Source: Bacteroidales bacterium (GTDB lineage: Bacteria; Bacteroidota; Bacteroidia; Bacteroidales; UBA7960). Taken from it: a DNA stretch of 60,493 bases. The position numbers were made by a program, and so were the translations under genes. Every line of letters begins with the position of its first letter. Position 1 is the first letter of the stretch. The notes beneath the pieces are model-generated. The model worked only from the letters and a program-made list of their open reading frames with translations. It did no database searches and was not told where the DNA came from. Positions 1 through 9,573 of the stretch are shown here, in pieces. The stretch lies in contig PWLF01000078.1 of the NCBI GenBank assembly GCA_003559475.1, positions 1 through 60,493 of the forward strand. The letters are read 5' to 3'.

Positions 1-1757
1 AAAACTCTATTGATGCGGGTGCAACTCAAATATCTTTGATTATAAAGGACGGCGGGAAAACCTTAATTCAGGTTATTGACAATGGTTGTGGTATGTCAGA
101 AACTGATGCCCGCATGAGTTTCGAACGTCATGCAACATCAAAAATAAGCAATGCTTCAGACCTTTTTAAAATAAACACTATGGGGTTTCGCGGGGAAGCA
201 ATAGCCTCTATAGCTTCAATATCGCATGTTGAACTTAAAAGCAAAACAAAAGACTCTGAAATTGGAACAGAAGTTATAATTGAAGGTTCAAAACTAAAAA
301 GTCAAAATCCCTGTCAATGCCCACAAGGAACAACTATTTCCGTAAAAAACCTGTTTTACAACACTCCTGCACGACGCAACTTCCTAAAATCCGAAAATGT
401 AGAAAAATCAAATATTTATAACGAATTTGCAAGAATTGCGCTATCAAACCATAAAACAGGTTTTAAGTATTTTTACAACAATAAACTCGTACTGCAAGTT
501 GACCCATCAAATATTAAACAAAGAATTGCCGGGCTATTTGGAAATCAATACAATCAAAGACTTATTCCTGTTGATGAAAAAACCGATTTTCTCAAAATTC
601 ACGGCTTTGTTTTAAAACCCGAATTCGCAAAAAAACGAAGAAAAGAACAATATTTTTTTGTAAATAAAAGATTTATTAAAGCTCCCTATCTTAATCATTC
701 CGTTGAAAATGCATTCAGCGAATTAATTCCCGAAGGTGTACACCCCTGTTTTTTCCTGTTTTTGGAAATAACTCCTTCAATGATTGACGTTAATGTTCAT
801 CCAACTAAAACAGAAATAAAATTTCAGGATGAATCGGCTGTTTATAAAATACTCTTATCATCCGTAAAAAGAGCTTTAGGAAGATTTAACATCTCCCCTG
901 CCATGAATTTTGACAAACACGGGCTTTTTGATGATGTAATTTTTGATAAAAACAAGCCTGTTTCTCAACCAAAAATAGATGTTGATCCCGGATATAATCC
1001 TTTCAAAAATGATAAAAAAAGTGCAAACTTGTTATCAAAAAGAAAAAATACAGACAAATGGGAAAATATTTATGAAGTCAACAAAGAGTTTGATAAAATA
1101 AAAAAAGATAATATATCTAATTCTCAAACTAATTTCAAAGAAGAAACTCAAGAAGATTACGATAATAACGAACTAAAAGCATCCTTCCCAACTGAAAAAA
1201 AATTCTGGCAATTAAACGGCAAATATATTTTGACGCAGGTAAAATCAGGGTTAATGATAATTGACCAGCAAAGAGCTCATGAAAGAATACTATATGAAAA
1301 GTTTTTGAGTGAATTTGAAAATAAAACCACTTCATCACAACAACTCTTATATCCCGGAAAAGTAGAATTGATAGAATCTGATGCAAACTTGTTAAAAGAG
1401 ATATTACCTCATGTAAATAATCTTGGTTTTGACGTCAGAGACTTTGGCAAAAACTGTTTTATTGTAAATTCAGTTCCCGCTGAAATAAAAGAAAGTGAAA
1501 ATGCAAAAAACTTAATAGAAGGGTTATTGGATAATTACAAAAAAAACCTTTCAGAGCCAAAGCTTGACATATATAACAATATAGCCGGGTCATTAGCAAA
1601 AAATCAATCAATTAAGCACGGAAAAATATTAAGCGAAAAAGAAATGAATGCTATAATAGGAGAGCTTTTCAGCTGTTCAGTGCCCGACGTATCTCCCGGA
1701 AACAAACCGGTATTATTCATTCTTAGTTATGAGGAATTAAGCGACAGATTTAAATAA
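1..1757 (+). CDS. mutL: DNA mismatch repair protein MutL, 5' end truncated by the window edge (frame open from base 3)
   Basis: The frame continues upstream of the listed TTG (NSIDAGATQISLIIKDGGK). GHKL-ATPase motifs VIDNGCGM and MGFRGEAIASI are present. C-terminal MutL dimerisation region includes QQRAHERILYE. Confidence 0.93.
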   Translation, partial: NSIDAGATQISLIIKDGGKTLIQVIDNGCGMSETDARMSFERHATSKISNASDLFKINTMGFRGEAIASIASISHVELKSKTKDSEIGTEVIIEGSKLKSQNPCQCPQGTTISVKNLFYNTPARRNFLKSENVEKSNIYNEFARIALSNHKTGFKYFYNNKLVLQVDPSNIKQRIAGLFGNQYNQRLIPVDEKTDFLKIHGFVLKPEFAKKRRKEQYFFVNKRFIKAPYLNHSVENAFSELIPEGVHPCFFLFLEITPSMIDVNVHPTKTEIKFQDESAVYKILLSSVKRALGRFNISPAMNFDKHGLFDDVIFDKNKPVSQPKIDVDPGYNPFKNDKKSANLLSKRKNTDKWENIYEVNKEFDKIKKDNISNSQTNFKEETQEDYDNNELKASFPTEKKFWQLNGKYILTQVKSGLMIIDQQRAHERILYEKFLSEFENKTTSSQQLLYPGKVELIESDANLLKEILPHVNNLGFDVRDFGKNCFIVNSVPAEIKESENAKNLIEGLLDNYKKNLSEPKLDIYNNIAGSLAKNQSIKHGKILSEKEMNAIIGELFSCSVPDVSPGNKPVLFILSYEELSDRFK

Positions 1758-1762
1758 AATTG

Positions 1763-1770
1763 TATTTTTG
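1763..1770 (+). promoter_or_regulatory. Bacteroidota-type -7 promoter box TATTTTTG (TAnnTTTG), followed by CA
   Basis: Exact TAnnTTTG match 36 nt upstream of the ATG at 1806. The same extended TAnnTTTGCA box recurs upstream of many genes in this window. Confidence 0.5.
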
Positions 1771-1805
1771 CAAATATTATAAAAACATAATAAAATCAAT
1801 AAAAG

Positions 1806-2645
1806 ATGAGATCATACAGCCCCGGAGGATTTAATTTATTACCAACTGTTGTTAAAAATCTATTGATAATAAACGGATTGTTTTTTTTGGCAACAATGGC
1901 GTTTCTAACTACATTCAACATTGATTTATATCAGGTTTTGGGTTTGCATTTTTTTGGGGCAGCAAACTTTGAACCATATCAGTTCATAACGTATATGTTC
2001 ATGCATGGTGGACTTACACACTTGTTTTTTAACATGTTTGCTTTATGGATGTTTGGAAATATTCTTGAAAATGTTTGGGGTCCAAAACGATTTATATTAT
2101 ATTATTTTGTTACCGGAATTGGGGCAGCTTTAATTCATTACACAGTATTATATATTCAAATGGTCCCTACCCTTCAGTTTATAAATGATTTTGTTTCAGA
2201 TCCCTCACATGAAAAACTGAATTATTTTTTGAGCTCAGATCACTTTAAAGTTGCAAGCGCTGAAATACAGAATAATTATCGGGCTTTTGCTGCAGAATAT
2301 AACAGCTTGATAACCAATAATCCTCAGGAAGCATTAAACAGAGCAGTTCATTTTATGCATCAATATCACACTGACCTGCTTAACGCACATATAGTTGTTG
2401 GAGCTTCCGGTGCTGTATTCGGAATCTTACTAGCTTTTGGAATGATGTTTCCCAACACCTACATCTATTTGTTTTTTGCTATACCAATTAAAGCTAAATA
2501 TTTCGTTATCTTTTATGGAGCACTGGAACTGTTTTTCGGAATAACAGGTGGTCGTGGCAATATCGCCCACTTTGCACACCTGGGTGGTATGTTGTTTGGC
2601 TATTTTATGATAATGTATTGGAAAAGAAAAGGAACACTGTATTAA
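1806..2645 (+). CDS. rhomboid family intramembrane serine protease
   Basis: Polytopic membrane protein with the catalytic Ser motif GASGAVFG and the His motif HFAHLGG. An HxxxxHxxxN-like stretch (FMHGGLTHLFFNM) is also present. Confidence 0.85.
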   Translation: MRSYSPGGFNLLPTVVKNLLIINGLFFLATMAFLTTFNIDLYQVLGLHFFGAANFEPYQFITYMFMHGGLTHLFFNMFALWMFGNILENVWGPKRFILYYFVTGIGAALIHYTVLYIQMVPTLQFINDFVSDPSHEKLNYFLSSDHFKVASAEIQNNYRAFAAEYNSLITNNPQEALNRAVHFMHQYHTDLLNAHIVVGASGAVFGILLAFGMMFPNTYIYLFFAIPIKAKYFVIFYGALELFFGITGGRGNIAHFAHLGGMLFGYFMIMYWKRKGTLY

Positions 2646-2691
2646 ATAAATATTGATTTCTATAGTATTTAAAGATTAGAAACAAAGTAAA

Positions 2692-3591
2692 ATGTATATG
2701 CAAAGGTCATCAATGATTAGTGAAATAAAAAATTATTTTTTAACCGGAAATATTATAGCTAAACTTATATTTATAAATCTTTCCATATTCATTATTGCCA
2801 ACCTTGTTAATTTGTTCTTTTTCTTGATGGCTAAAAGCCCGGAAGGATTTAATACTATCCACTGGCTTGGAATATCATCAAATCCTGAAATAATTATCTC
2901 CAAACCATGGACTGTTGTTACTTATATGTTTACACATTTGAGTTTCTTTCATATTCTGTTTAATATGATTGTCTTTTATGTTGGAGGGCGTCTTTATTGT
3001 CAGTTTATAGGTGAAAAAAGTTTATTGGGTACATATTTTATAGGTGGACTTGCCGGAGGGCTTTTGTTTATTCTTTCTTATAATTACTTCCCTGTATTTG
3101 AGGAGTTGGCTCCAAGCTCAGTAGCAATAGGAGCTTCTGCATCTGTAATGGCTGTATTTATTGCCGTTTCAACATATACGCCAAATTACCAGCTACCTTT
3201 AATACTTTTAGGTAGAATACGATTAAAATATATTGCAATATTCTTTGTAATTATTGATTTGATAAGCATAGATAAAGGCAATTCCGGAGGACATATAGCT
3301 CATTTAGGAGGTGCTTTATGGGGGTTTTTATATGTTTTAATACTAAAAAGCGGATACGACTCAGGTACGTTTTTAAATAGATTTTTTGACTGGATAAAAT
3401 CTTTATTCAAGCGCAAACCTAAAATGAAAGCTACTTTTTATGCTGAAAAACCATTAACAGATGAAGAGTATAATAAACAAAGAGCTCAAACACAGAAAAA
3501 AATTGATGGCATTCTTGATAAAATCTCAAAATACGGATATGACAGTCTAAGCAAAGAAGAAAAAGAACTGCTTTTTAAATTTGGAAAATAA
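2692..3591 (+). CDS. rhomboid family intramembrane serine protease (second tandem copy, with a charged C-terminal tail)
   Basis: FTHLSFFHILFNM, GASASVMAV and HIAHLGGALWG motifs, plus a K/E-rich cytoplasmic tail. Confidence 0.85.
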   Translation: MYMQRSSMISEIKNYFLTGNIIAKLIFINLSIFIIANLVNLFFFLMAKSPEGFNTIHWLGISSNPEIIISKPWTVVTYMFTHLSFFHILFNMIVFYVGGRLYCQFIGEKSLLGTYFIGGLAGGLLFILSYNYFPVFEELAPSSVAIGASASVMAVFIAVSTYTPNYQLPLILLGRIRLKYIAIFFVIIDLISIDKGNSGGHIAHLGGALWGFLYVLILKSGYDSGTFLNRFFDWIKSLFKRKPKMKATFYAEKPLTDEEYNKQRAQTQKKIDGILDKISKYGYDSLSKEEKELLFKFGK

Positions 3592-3638
3592 CAATTGAAT
3601 ATAATTTGATGACAAACTTTTAATTAAATTAAAAAGTT

Positions 3639-4112
3639 ATGATAAAAATATTAGTTACTGTTTTTGTTCTATTTTTATTTAGTAGTACTATTTCCATTGC
3701 TGAAGAGTCTCATAAATACAAATCCGGTATAGGAGTAAGAGGTGGTTTTTCAAGTGGAATAACTTTTAAGCATTTTTTAACAAATGAAAATGCTTTTGAA
3801 ATTATTGGTTCTACACACAGAAGGGGGATATTGCTCACAGGGCTGTATCAATGGTATGCTCCTGCTTTTGATGTTAAGGGATTAAATTGGTATTATGGTT
3901 TTGGTGCTCATGTTGGTTTTTATGATGAACATAAAAAACATTGGGTATATAACTATATGATTGTAGGAGCAAACGGAGTTTTTGGTATAGATTACAAAAT
4001 AGAAAATATTCCAATTAATGTTTCTGTTGATATATTACCAAGAATTGATCTTTTAGGCAATTTTGGCTTACGGATGGGAGCAGGATTATCCGTTAGATAT
4101 GTATTGCAATAA
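3639..4112 (+). CDS. small secreted protein, probable 8-stranded outer-membrane beta-barrel (hypothetical)
   Basis: N-terminal signal peptide (LFLFSSTISIAEE). Alternating aromatic/Gly-rich amphipathic strands (GIGVRGGFSSGITFKHF, YYGFGAHVGFY, GAGLSVRYVLQ). Confidence 0.5.
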   Translation: MIKILVTVFVLFLFSSTISIAEESHKYKSGIGVRGGFSSGITFKHFLTNENAFEIIGSTHRRGILLTGLYQWYAPAFDVKGLNWYYGFGAHVGFYDEHKKHWVYNYMIVGANGVFGIDYKIENIPINVSVDILPRIDLLGNFGLRMGAGLSVRYVLQ

Positions 4113-4188
4113 TTATAAAAGTAATTATAACAAACATTCTTTCATATTTTTTTGGCTATAAACTAAAAACTGCTAAGTATTTTTTCAA

Positions 4189-6213
4189 ATGAGTTTTAAT
4201 CTAATATCTGATTTCAAGCCAACGGGAGATCAACCGGAAGCTATTGAGCAGCTTGTTAAAGGAATCAATAAAAACATACCTTTTCAAACGCTTCTTGGTG
4301 TTACAGGCTCAGGAAAAACATTCACTATAGCCAATATAATAGAAAAAACTCAAAGACCAACTTTGGTTTTAAGTCATAATAAAACCCTTGCAGCTCAACT
4401 CTATGGCGAATTTAAATATTTTTTCCCGGATAACGCTGTTGAATACTTCGTCTCTTATTATGATTATTACCAACCCGAAGCTTATTTGCCGGCAACAAAC
4501 ACTTATATCGAAAAGGATTTATCAATTAATGATGAAATAGAAAAATTAAGACTAAGTGCTTCCAGTTCTCTCCTATCAGGAAGAAGGGATGTTATTGTTG
4601 TTAGTTCTGTTTCTTGCATATACGGGATTGGAAATCCTGATGATTTTAACAATAATACTATTAAATTGAAGCAAGGGCAGGTAATAAATCGCAATCAATT
4701 ACTACACAAGCTTGTTCAAAGTCTTCACCAGCGAACAAATGCAGATTTTCAGAGAGGCAGTTTCAGGGTCAGAGGTGATACCGTTGATATTTTCCCGGCT
4801 TATACCGACTATGCATACAGGGTTCTGTTTTGGGGAGACGAGATAGAAGCTCTTGAAACAATTGACCCTGTTTCAGGTCAAAGAATTAATACTTTTAACG
4901 ATATCGTAATATATCCTGCAAACATATTTGTTACTTCAAAAGAGCAAATAAATAGTGCAATTAGAAAAATACAAGATGACCTTGTAGAGCGAACCGATTA
5001 CTTTAAGAGTGTCGGGGCGCATAATGAAGCTAAAAGGCTTGACGACAGAGTAAATTATGATCTTGAAATGTTACGAGAATTAGGTTATTGCTCGGGAGTA
5101 GAAAATTATTCACGCTACTTTGATAATCGCAATCCCGGAGCAAGACCTTTTTGTTTGCTTGATTATTTTCCTGATGACTATCTTATGGTTATTGATGAAA
5201 GCCACGTCACAATACCACAAATACATGCAATGTATGGTGGTGACAGGTCAAGAAAAGAAGTTCTTGTAGAACATGGTTTTCGCTTACCTTCTGCACTTGA
5301 CAACAGACCACTTAAGTTTGATGAATTCGAATCAATGTTAAATCAAGCTATTTTTGTCAGTGCTACACCGGCAGAATATGAACTCGAAAAGAGTGAAGGA
5401 GTTGTTGTTGAACAAATAATAAGACCAACCGGATTACTTGAACCTCCTATTGAAGTTAAATCCAGCCTCAATCAAATAGATGATTTACTTGAACAAATAA
5501 ATTCAAGAGTATCTTCAAATGAAACAGTTTTAGTAACAACTTTAACAAAACGAATGACCGAAGAGTTGTCAAAATATCTAATTAAAGCTGATATTAAATG
5601 TAAATATATACACTCTGATATAGATACAGTAGAACGTGTTGAAATATTAAGAGATTTAAGGTTAGGCAATATTGATGTGCTTGTTGGGGTAAATTTGCTG
5701 AGAGAAGGACTTGATTTACCTGAAGTTTCTCTTGTAGATATTCTTGATGCTGACAAAGAAGGATTTCTCCGGTCTGAACGCTCTCTAATACAAACATCGG
5801 GAAGAGCAGCAAGAAACCTTAACAGTAAAGTTATAATGTATGCAGAAAAAATAACCCGCTCAATGCAAGCAGCTATTGATGAAACAAACCGCAAAAGAGA
5901 AAAACAACTTAACTATAATGAAAAACACAACATTACTCCGGCTCAAATACAAAAATCTGTAGATGCCATACACGGACAAACATCTGTAGCTGATTCGAAA
6001 GCAAAACAATTAAAAACCTATATTGAAAATGAAAAAATTGATATTGCCGCCGACCCTGTTGTTAAATTTATGAGCAAAAACGAACTGGAAAAAGCTATAA
6101 AGAGAACTAAAAAAGAAATGGAAATTGCAGCAAAAGAATTAGACTTTATGACTGCTGCTCGACTTAGAGATGAGTTGTTCAACATGCAAAAAGTAATGAA
6201 AGAAAAAAAATAA
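4189..6213 (+). CDS. uvrB: excinuclease ABC subunit B
   Basis: Walker A GVTGSGKTFT, the YYDYYQPEAY beta-hairpin region, helicase motifs, and a C-terminal UVR domain (LDFMTAARLRDEL). Confidence 0.97.
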   Translation: MSFNLISDFKPTGDQPEAIEQLVKGINKNIPFQTLLGVTGSGKTFTIANIIEKTQRPTLVLSHNKTLAAQLYGEFKYFFPDNAVEYFVSYYDYYQPEAYLPATNTYIEKDLSINDEIEKLRLSASSSLLSGRRDVIVVSSVSCIYGIGNPDDFNNNTIKLKQGQVINRNQLLHKLVQSLHQRTNADFQRGSFRVRGDTVDIFPAYTDYAYRVLFWGDEIEALETIDPVSGQRINTFNDIVIYPANIFVTSKEQINSAIRKIQDDLVERTDYFKSVGAHNEAKRLDDRVNYDLEMLRELGYCSGVENYSRYFDNRNPGARPFCLLDYFPDDYLMVIDESHVTIPQIHAMYGGDRSRKEVLVEHGFRLPSALDNRPLKFDEFESMLNQAIFVSATPAEYELEKSEGVVVEQIIRPTGLLEPPIEVKSSLNQIDDLLEQINSRVSSNETVLVTTLTKRMTEELSKYLIKADIKCKYIHSDIDTVERVEILRDLRLGNIDVLVGVNLLREGLDLPEVSLVDILDADKEGFLRSERSLIQTSGRAARNLNSKVIMYAEKITRSMQAAIDETNRKREKQLNYNEKHNITPAQIQKSVDAIHGQTSVADSKAKQLKTYIENEKIDIAADPVVKFMSKNELEKAIKRTKKEMEIAAKELDFMTAARLRDELFNMQKVMKEKK

Positions 6214-6269
6214 AAAACAATCACCAATATGTTTTTTGTCAAAAAAACAAAATATTTTATCAAATATTA

Positions 6270-7121
6270 CTAATTAAGTATTGGTTTCTCTTCAACTTGT
6301 ATAATTTCATGACTGTTTTCATCATATACAAAAACGACCAAATTGCAATTTTCCGTTTCCCACTCATCATCCAAATAAACAGAATAGCTTTTTGAAAAAA
6401 CATCTCCGGGAAACATTGGCTCTTCATTTAATTGTTCGCCCCATGTTCTATTAACACTTTTACGCAACACATTATTATGCTCATAGTTCTCAATCACACC
6501 ATCAGGATAATCAGGATTGTTTGTGCGTTGTGGTTTGATTATCATATTTTCTGTAATAAAAGCAGAGATATAATATTGTTTTTCAAGATTTTTCAGTGCG
6601 TGAACATTAAAATTTACCTCAAGTTGTTTTGCTTTTGAATTGAGATTCAAAGATATATCAATACGCAAATCCGGTTCAATATCAATGATTTGGCTAATAG
6701 CTTCTCCCCAGGCTGAGGGAGACATCAAGCGGTCGGCATCAAATGATTTCCGGTTTATCATGCCTACCGGATAAGAAGAAACACCGAAAAAATCATGAAT
6801 TGCCTCGCCTTCTTCTGTCCTGAAATCATAATCAAACGGACTTGTAGTAGGTTCTGAAAAAAAACCGGAATGAATTGACATAACAATCATTTGGTCACCA
6901 TAAAAATTACTGAGATCTTTTGCAATTTGGCTACCTTCAGGACAGTTAGGGCATCTATGTCCGGTAAACTCTTCCAATAGCACCTTTCGCACATCCTCAT
7001 CATTCCCATTACCACCCTCATAATCTGTCATATAAGGAGGATCTATTTTGTCACAGCCGGCAAATAAAAAAAAGAAAAAATTGATTATTGCAACTAATAA
7101 TATTTTCTTTATAATATACAT
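6270..7121 (-). CDS. Omp28-related outer-membrane lipoprotein with a thioredoxin-like CxxC motif
   Basis: Lipobox LFAGC (Cys23). The EEFTGHRCPNCPEG motif is typical of the Omp28 family. Last gene of the tlpA-barrel-omp28 minus-strand set. Confidence 0.6.
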   Translation of the reverse strand: MYIIKKILLVAIINFFFFLFAGCDKIDPPYMTDYEGGNGNDEDVRKVLLEEFTGHRCPNCPEGSQIAKDLSNFYGDQMIVMSIHSGFFSEPTTSPFDYDFRTEEGEAIHDFFGVSSYPVGMINRKSFDADRLMSPSAWGEAISQIIDIEPDLRIDISLNLNSKAKQLEVNFNVHALKNLEKQYYISAFITENMIIKPQRTNNPDYPDGVIENYEHNNVLRKSVNRTWGEQLNEEPMFPGDVFSKSYSVYLDDEWETENCNLVVFVYDENSHEIIQVEEKPILN

Positions 7122-7180
7122 ATAACAAAAGTTTGTTTATTTTTTGATTTCTTTAAATCATTCTGCTTTCTAAAGTTTTT

Positions 7181-8866
7181 TTAAAAGCTGCTTGTAACAT
7201 TCAACATAAAACCATTTGATGCAGGTACTTTTCTGCAAACTCCTCCAACACAAACGACTCCTTCGCGTTGTTTCCCGTATGAAAGGCTAAAGCGATTCCC
7301 CCCCTTGCTATATCCTGCACTTAAAGTATAATAATGAATTTGCAAATCTTCAATTTCATTTCCATAATTATACTGATCGCTGATAGCAAAAAACCAATTA
7401 GGAGAGATAGTATATTCTATCATAGCCATAGCCCAGTTTTGATTATCTTGCTTAGTATAAAGATGTTGCAATTCCCACCTGAGACTTCTTCTTTCCGGCA
7501 GGCGGTGAGTTACATCAAATATAACAATATGAGCATTTACCATTTCTTTATCAATATATCCTTCAATAACATTTTGATTGTAATTGATATACGCGTATGA
7601 TATTAATCCTCTGAGAGTTGGTGAGAGTCTTCTATTTATTTCAATGTTGAAATCCTGAAAATATTTTTCATCTCCAATACGGAAAAAATCGGAGTGATAT
7701 CCATCGGTACCTGTTTGACCAACAGGTATTGTATCATGGATTTTTTCTTTATGTATTGAATTTGCACGACTGAAGTTAACGGTAACATTTGTACCATATT
7801 GCCCACCTATTGTGGTTTCTCGAGGAATGCGGAATGTCAGTTCGCTCATAAACCCCATTTCACCTGTTGGTTGGGTAGCATAGGGATACATACTACTAAG
7901 ACTGTAAAAATGTTGCCGTGTAGTTGGAGGCAAATAATTGATATTTAAATCATTGCCTGTAGCATTGCGATCACTTCGAAATCCCATATTGTCAATACGC
8001 TTGGCGGATAATAAGAGTCCAAAACCCCTTACAGCATAACTACCTGTAAGATGTAGTGCCTGACCATCCTTGTAGATAAAGTTATTTTCAGCAGATGGAT
8101 CATTAATCTTATATGCATATTCACTTCCGATATTTACAGGACCTCGAGCAAAACTAAGATTCCCGGCAAAAGCAGCAACATTTTCCGGTAAATTATAAAG
8201 AGGATTTCTGTCGGGTTGATATTTACTTACCACACTACCACCAACAATCCATTGATTTTTATTTTCCTCAAGCGATGAAAAGACAGAATTAAGATTTATC
8301 CGTGTATCAAAACCTCTTACAATACCGGGTCCGGTATCAAAAAATAATCTTTGCTGTCCAATAATACCCCTAAGCGTTATTCCATCAAGCGGACGATAAA
8401 CAAGCCTTAAGCCATCCATTGCATTGTCTATACCAAGATCTCTTTCTTCGTAAGAGCGAAAAATCATGCCATTACCAAATTGCTCATAAAAATTACCTAA
8501 CGTTACTTCAAAATTATCACGAGTGAAAGACGCAAAGCGATAAGGGATACCATTCCCTTTGTAGCGTCTGTCATAGCCTAAAAGGGCATTTTGATAACTT
8601 TCGTAACGCATACCAATCGTTAAGTCTTTGTAAGATAAGTTTATATTACCAAATCCGTTCATAAGTATTTTTTCCGGAACCTCCGGAGCACCTATCAATG
8701 TATCGGAAAAGTAATACTGTGAATTTAACTCAAAATTACCCCATATACGTGCACCTTCAAGTAGCTCCTGTGATTTTAAGTTAGGGGTAATAACTAAAAG
8801 GAAAGCTAACTCAAGAACAATTATATTTTTTAAAATATTAATTTTATTTCTAATCATTTTGGTCAA
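7181..8866 (-). CDS. outer-membrane beta-barrel protein of unknown function (possibly the DUF6029-type family often seen next to TlpA in Bacteroidota)
   Basis: Signal peptide, Gly/aromatic-rich alternating strands throughout, and a C-terminal aromatic residue (NVTSSF). Its start overlaps the upstream tlpA-like gene by 17 nt. Confidence 0.55.
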   Translation of the reverse strand: MTKMIRNKINILKNIIVLELAFLLVITPNLKSQELLEGARIWGNFELNSQYYFSDTLIGAPEVPEKILMNGFGNINLSYKDLTIGMRYESYQNALLGYDRRYKGNGIPYRFASFTRDNFEVTLGNFYEQFGNGMIFRSYEERDLGIDNAMDGLRLVYRPLDGITLRGIIGQQRLFFDTGPGIVRGFDTRINLNSVFSSLEENKNQWIVGGSVVSKYQPDRNPLYNLPENVAAFAGNLSFARGPVNIGSEYAYKINDPSAENNFIYKDGQALHLTGSYAVRGFGLLLSAKRIDNMGFRSDRNATGNDLNINYLPPTTRQHFYSLSSMYPYATQPTGEMGFMSELTFRIPRETTIGGQYGTNVTVNFSRANSIHKEKIHDTIPVGQTGTDGYHSDFFRIGDEKYFQDFNIEINRRLSPTLRGLISYAYINYNQNVIEGYIDKEMVNAHIVIFDVTHRLPERRSLRWELQHLYTKQDNQNWAMAMIEYTISPNWFFAISDQYNYGNEIEDLQIHYYTLSAGYSKGGNRFSLSYGKQREGVVCVGGVCRKVPASNGFMLNVTSSF

Positions 8867-9386
8867 GCTGTTCTAATAAAACATCAAACATTTCCCACTC
8901 CATACCGTCAGAAAAGGACGTATGTTGATAAACCACTTCTCCTTTACCATTCAGGATAAATGTATGAGGGACATTACCTACTCCCATTGCTCGTCGGAAA
9001 TCGCCGTTTTCATCAAGATAAAATTCATAATCCCATCCTCGTCCTTTTACCATAGGCAATACATTTGCACGAGTGCGAGCATCATCTATGCTTATAGCAA
9101 TAAGCTTAAAGCCGTACTCTTGCCAATCATAATAAATTTCTTCAATAGCATTAAGTTCTTTAAGACACGGACGACACCATGAAGCCCAAAAACTAATGGC
9201 AAAAGGTTTGCCATCATTATCCAAAGTTTTGGTATTAACTTCTCTGCCATCAAGAGTAGATATGGTTAACTCAGGCAATACAGTTGTGCGTTGAGCTAAA
9301 GATGTAAATGCTAAAAAAAATATCTGAAAACATAACACTACATGAATATACCGTGTTTTATTAAATTTAAAAAAAAGGCTTTTCAT
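8850..9386 (-). CDS. TlpA/ResA-family periplasmic thiol-disulfide oxidoreductase
   Basis: Signal peptide followed by a thioredoxin fold with the active site WASWCRPC. Confidence 0.8.
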   Translation of the reverse strand: MKSLFFKFNKTRYIHVVLCFQIFFLAFTSLAQRTTVLPELTISTLDGREVNTKTLDNDGKPFAISFWASWCRPCLKELNAIEEIYYDWQEYGFKLIAISIDDARTRANVLPMVKGRGWDYEFYLDENGDFRRAMGVGNVPHTFILNGKGEVVYQHTSFSDGMEWEMFDVLLEQLDQND

Positions 9387-9434
9387 AATACTTTTTTTAT
9401 CTTAATTAATTATTTTACATCTTTAAAACAAATA

Positions 9435-9442
9435 CAAATTTA
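9435..9442 (-). promoter_or_regulatory. -7 promoter box TAAATTTG (minus strand) for the tlpA-barrel-omp28 set
   Basis: CAAATTTA on the plus strand gives TAnnTTTG on the minus strand, 49 nt upstream of the start at 9386. Confidence 0.4.
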
Positions 9443-9506
9443 GTGTTTTTTAAAAACTTTTTTAATAAAATATTTTAAATTTTAGCAGTGTTATTATTTT
9501 ATATGT

Positions 9507-9514
9507 TATTTTTG
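9507..9514 (+). promoter_or_regulatory. -7 promoter box TATTTTTG for the T9SS Omp28-like gene
   Basis: Exact TAnnTTTG 60 nt upstream of the ATG at 9574. Confidence 0.4.
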
Positions 9515-9573
9515 TTATTATAAAGTAAATTAGATTAAGAAAAATAAAGAGAATTATAATTTAAAATTAAAAA

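Noticed and set aside
4107-4130. Imperfect 12-bp repeat (CAATAATTATAA / AAGTAATTATAA) starting at the stop codon of the 157-aa barrel gene, as a third stop-spanning duplication
   Set aside because: Only 10 of 12 positions are identical and the sequence is pure AT-rich low complexity, so chance similarity is plausible. It is mentioned only as weak support in the duplication finding.
5472-5894. 140-aa minus-strand ORF inside uvrB. Similar antisense ORFs include 427..615, 1135..1386, 4503..4694, 10369..10719, 29292..29663, 39550..39906, 41131..41421, 48741..49124, 53330..53614 and 58692..59012.
   Set aside because: Each is fully embedded antisense to a strongly supported gene. Their low-complexity, Ser/Leu/Ile-rich translations are typical of shadow ORFs in AT-rich DNA.
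6231-6248. GTTTTTT-gtca-AAAAAAC hairpin between the convergent uvrB and omp28-like genes, as a terminator
   Set aside because: The stem is almost entirely A-T and no clear U-tract follows in either orientation. The evidence is too weak to annotate.
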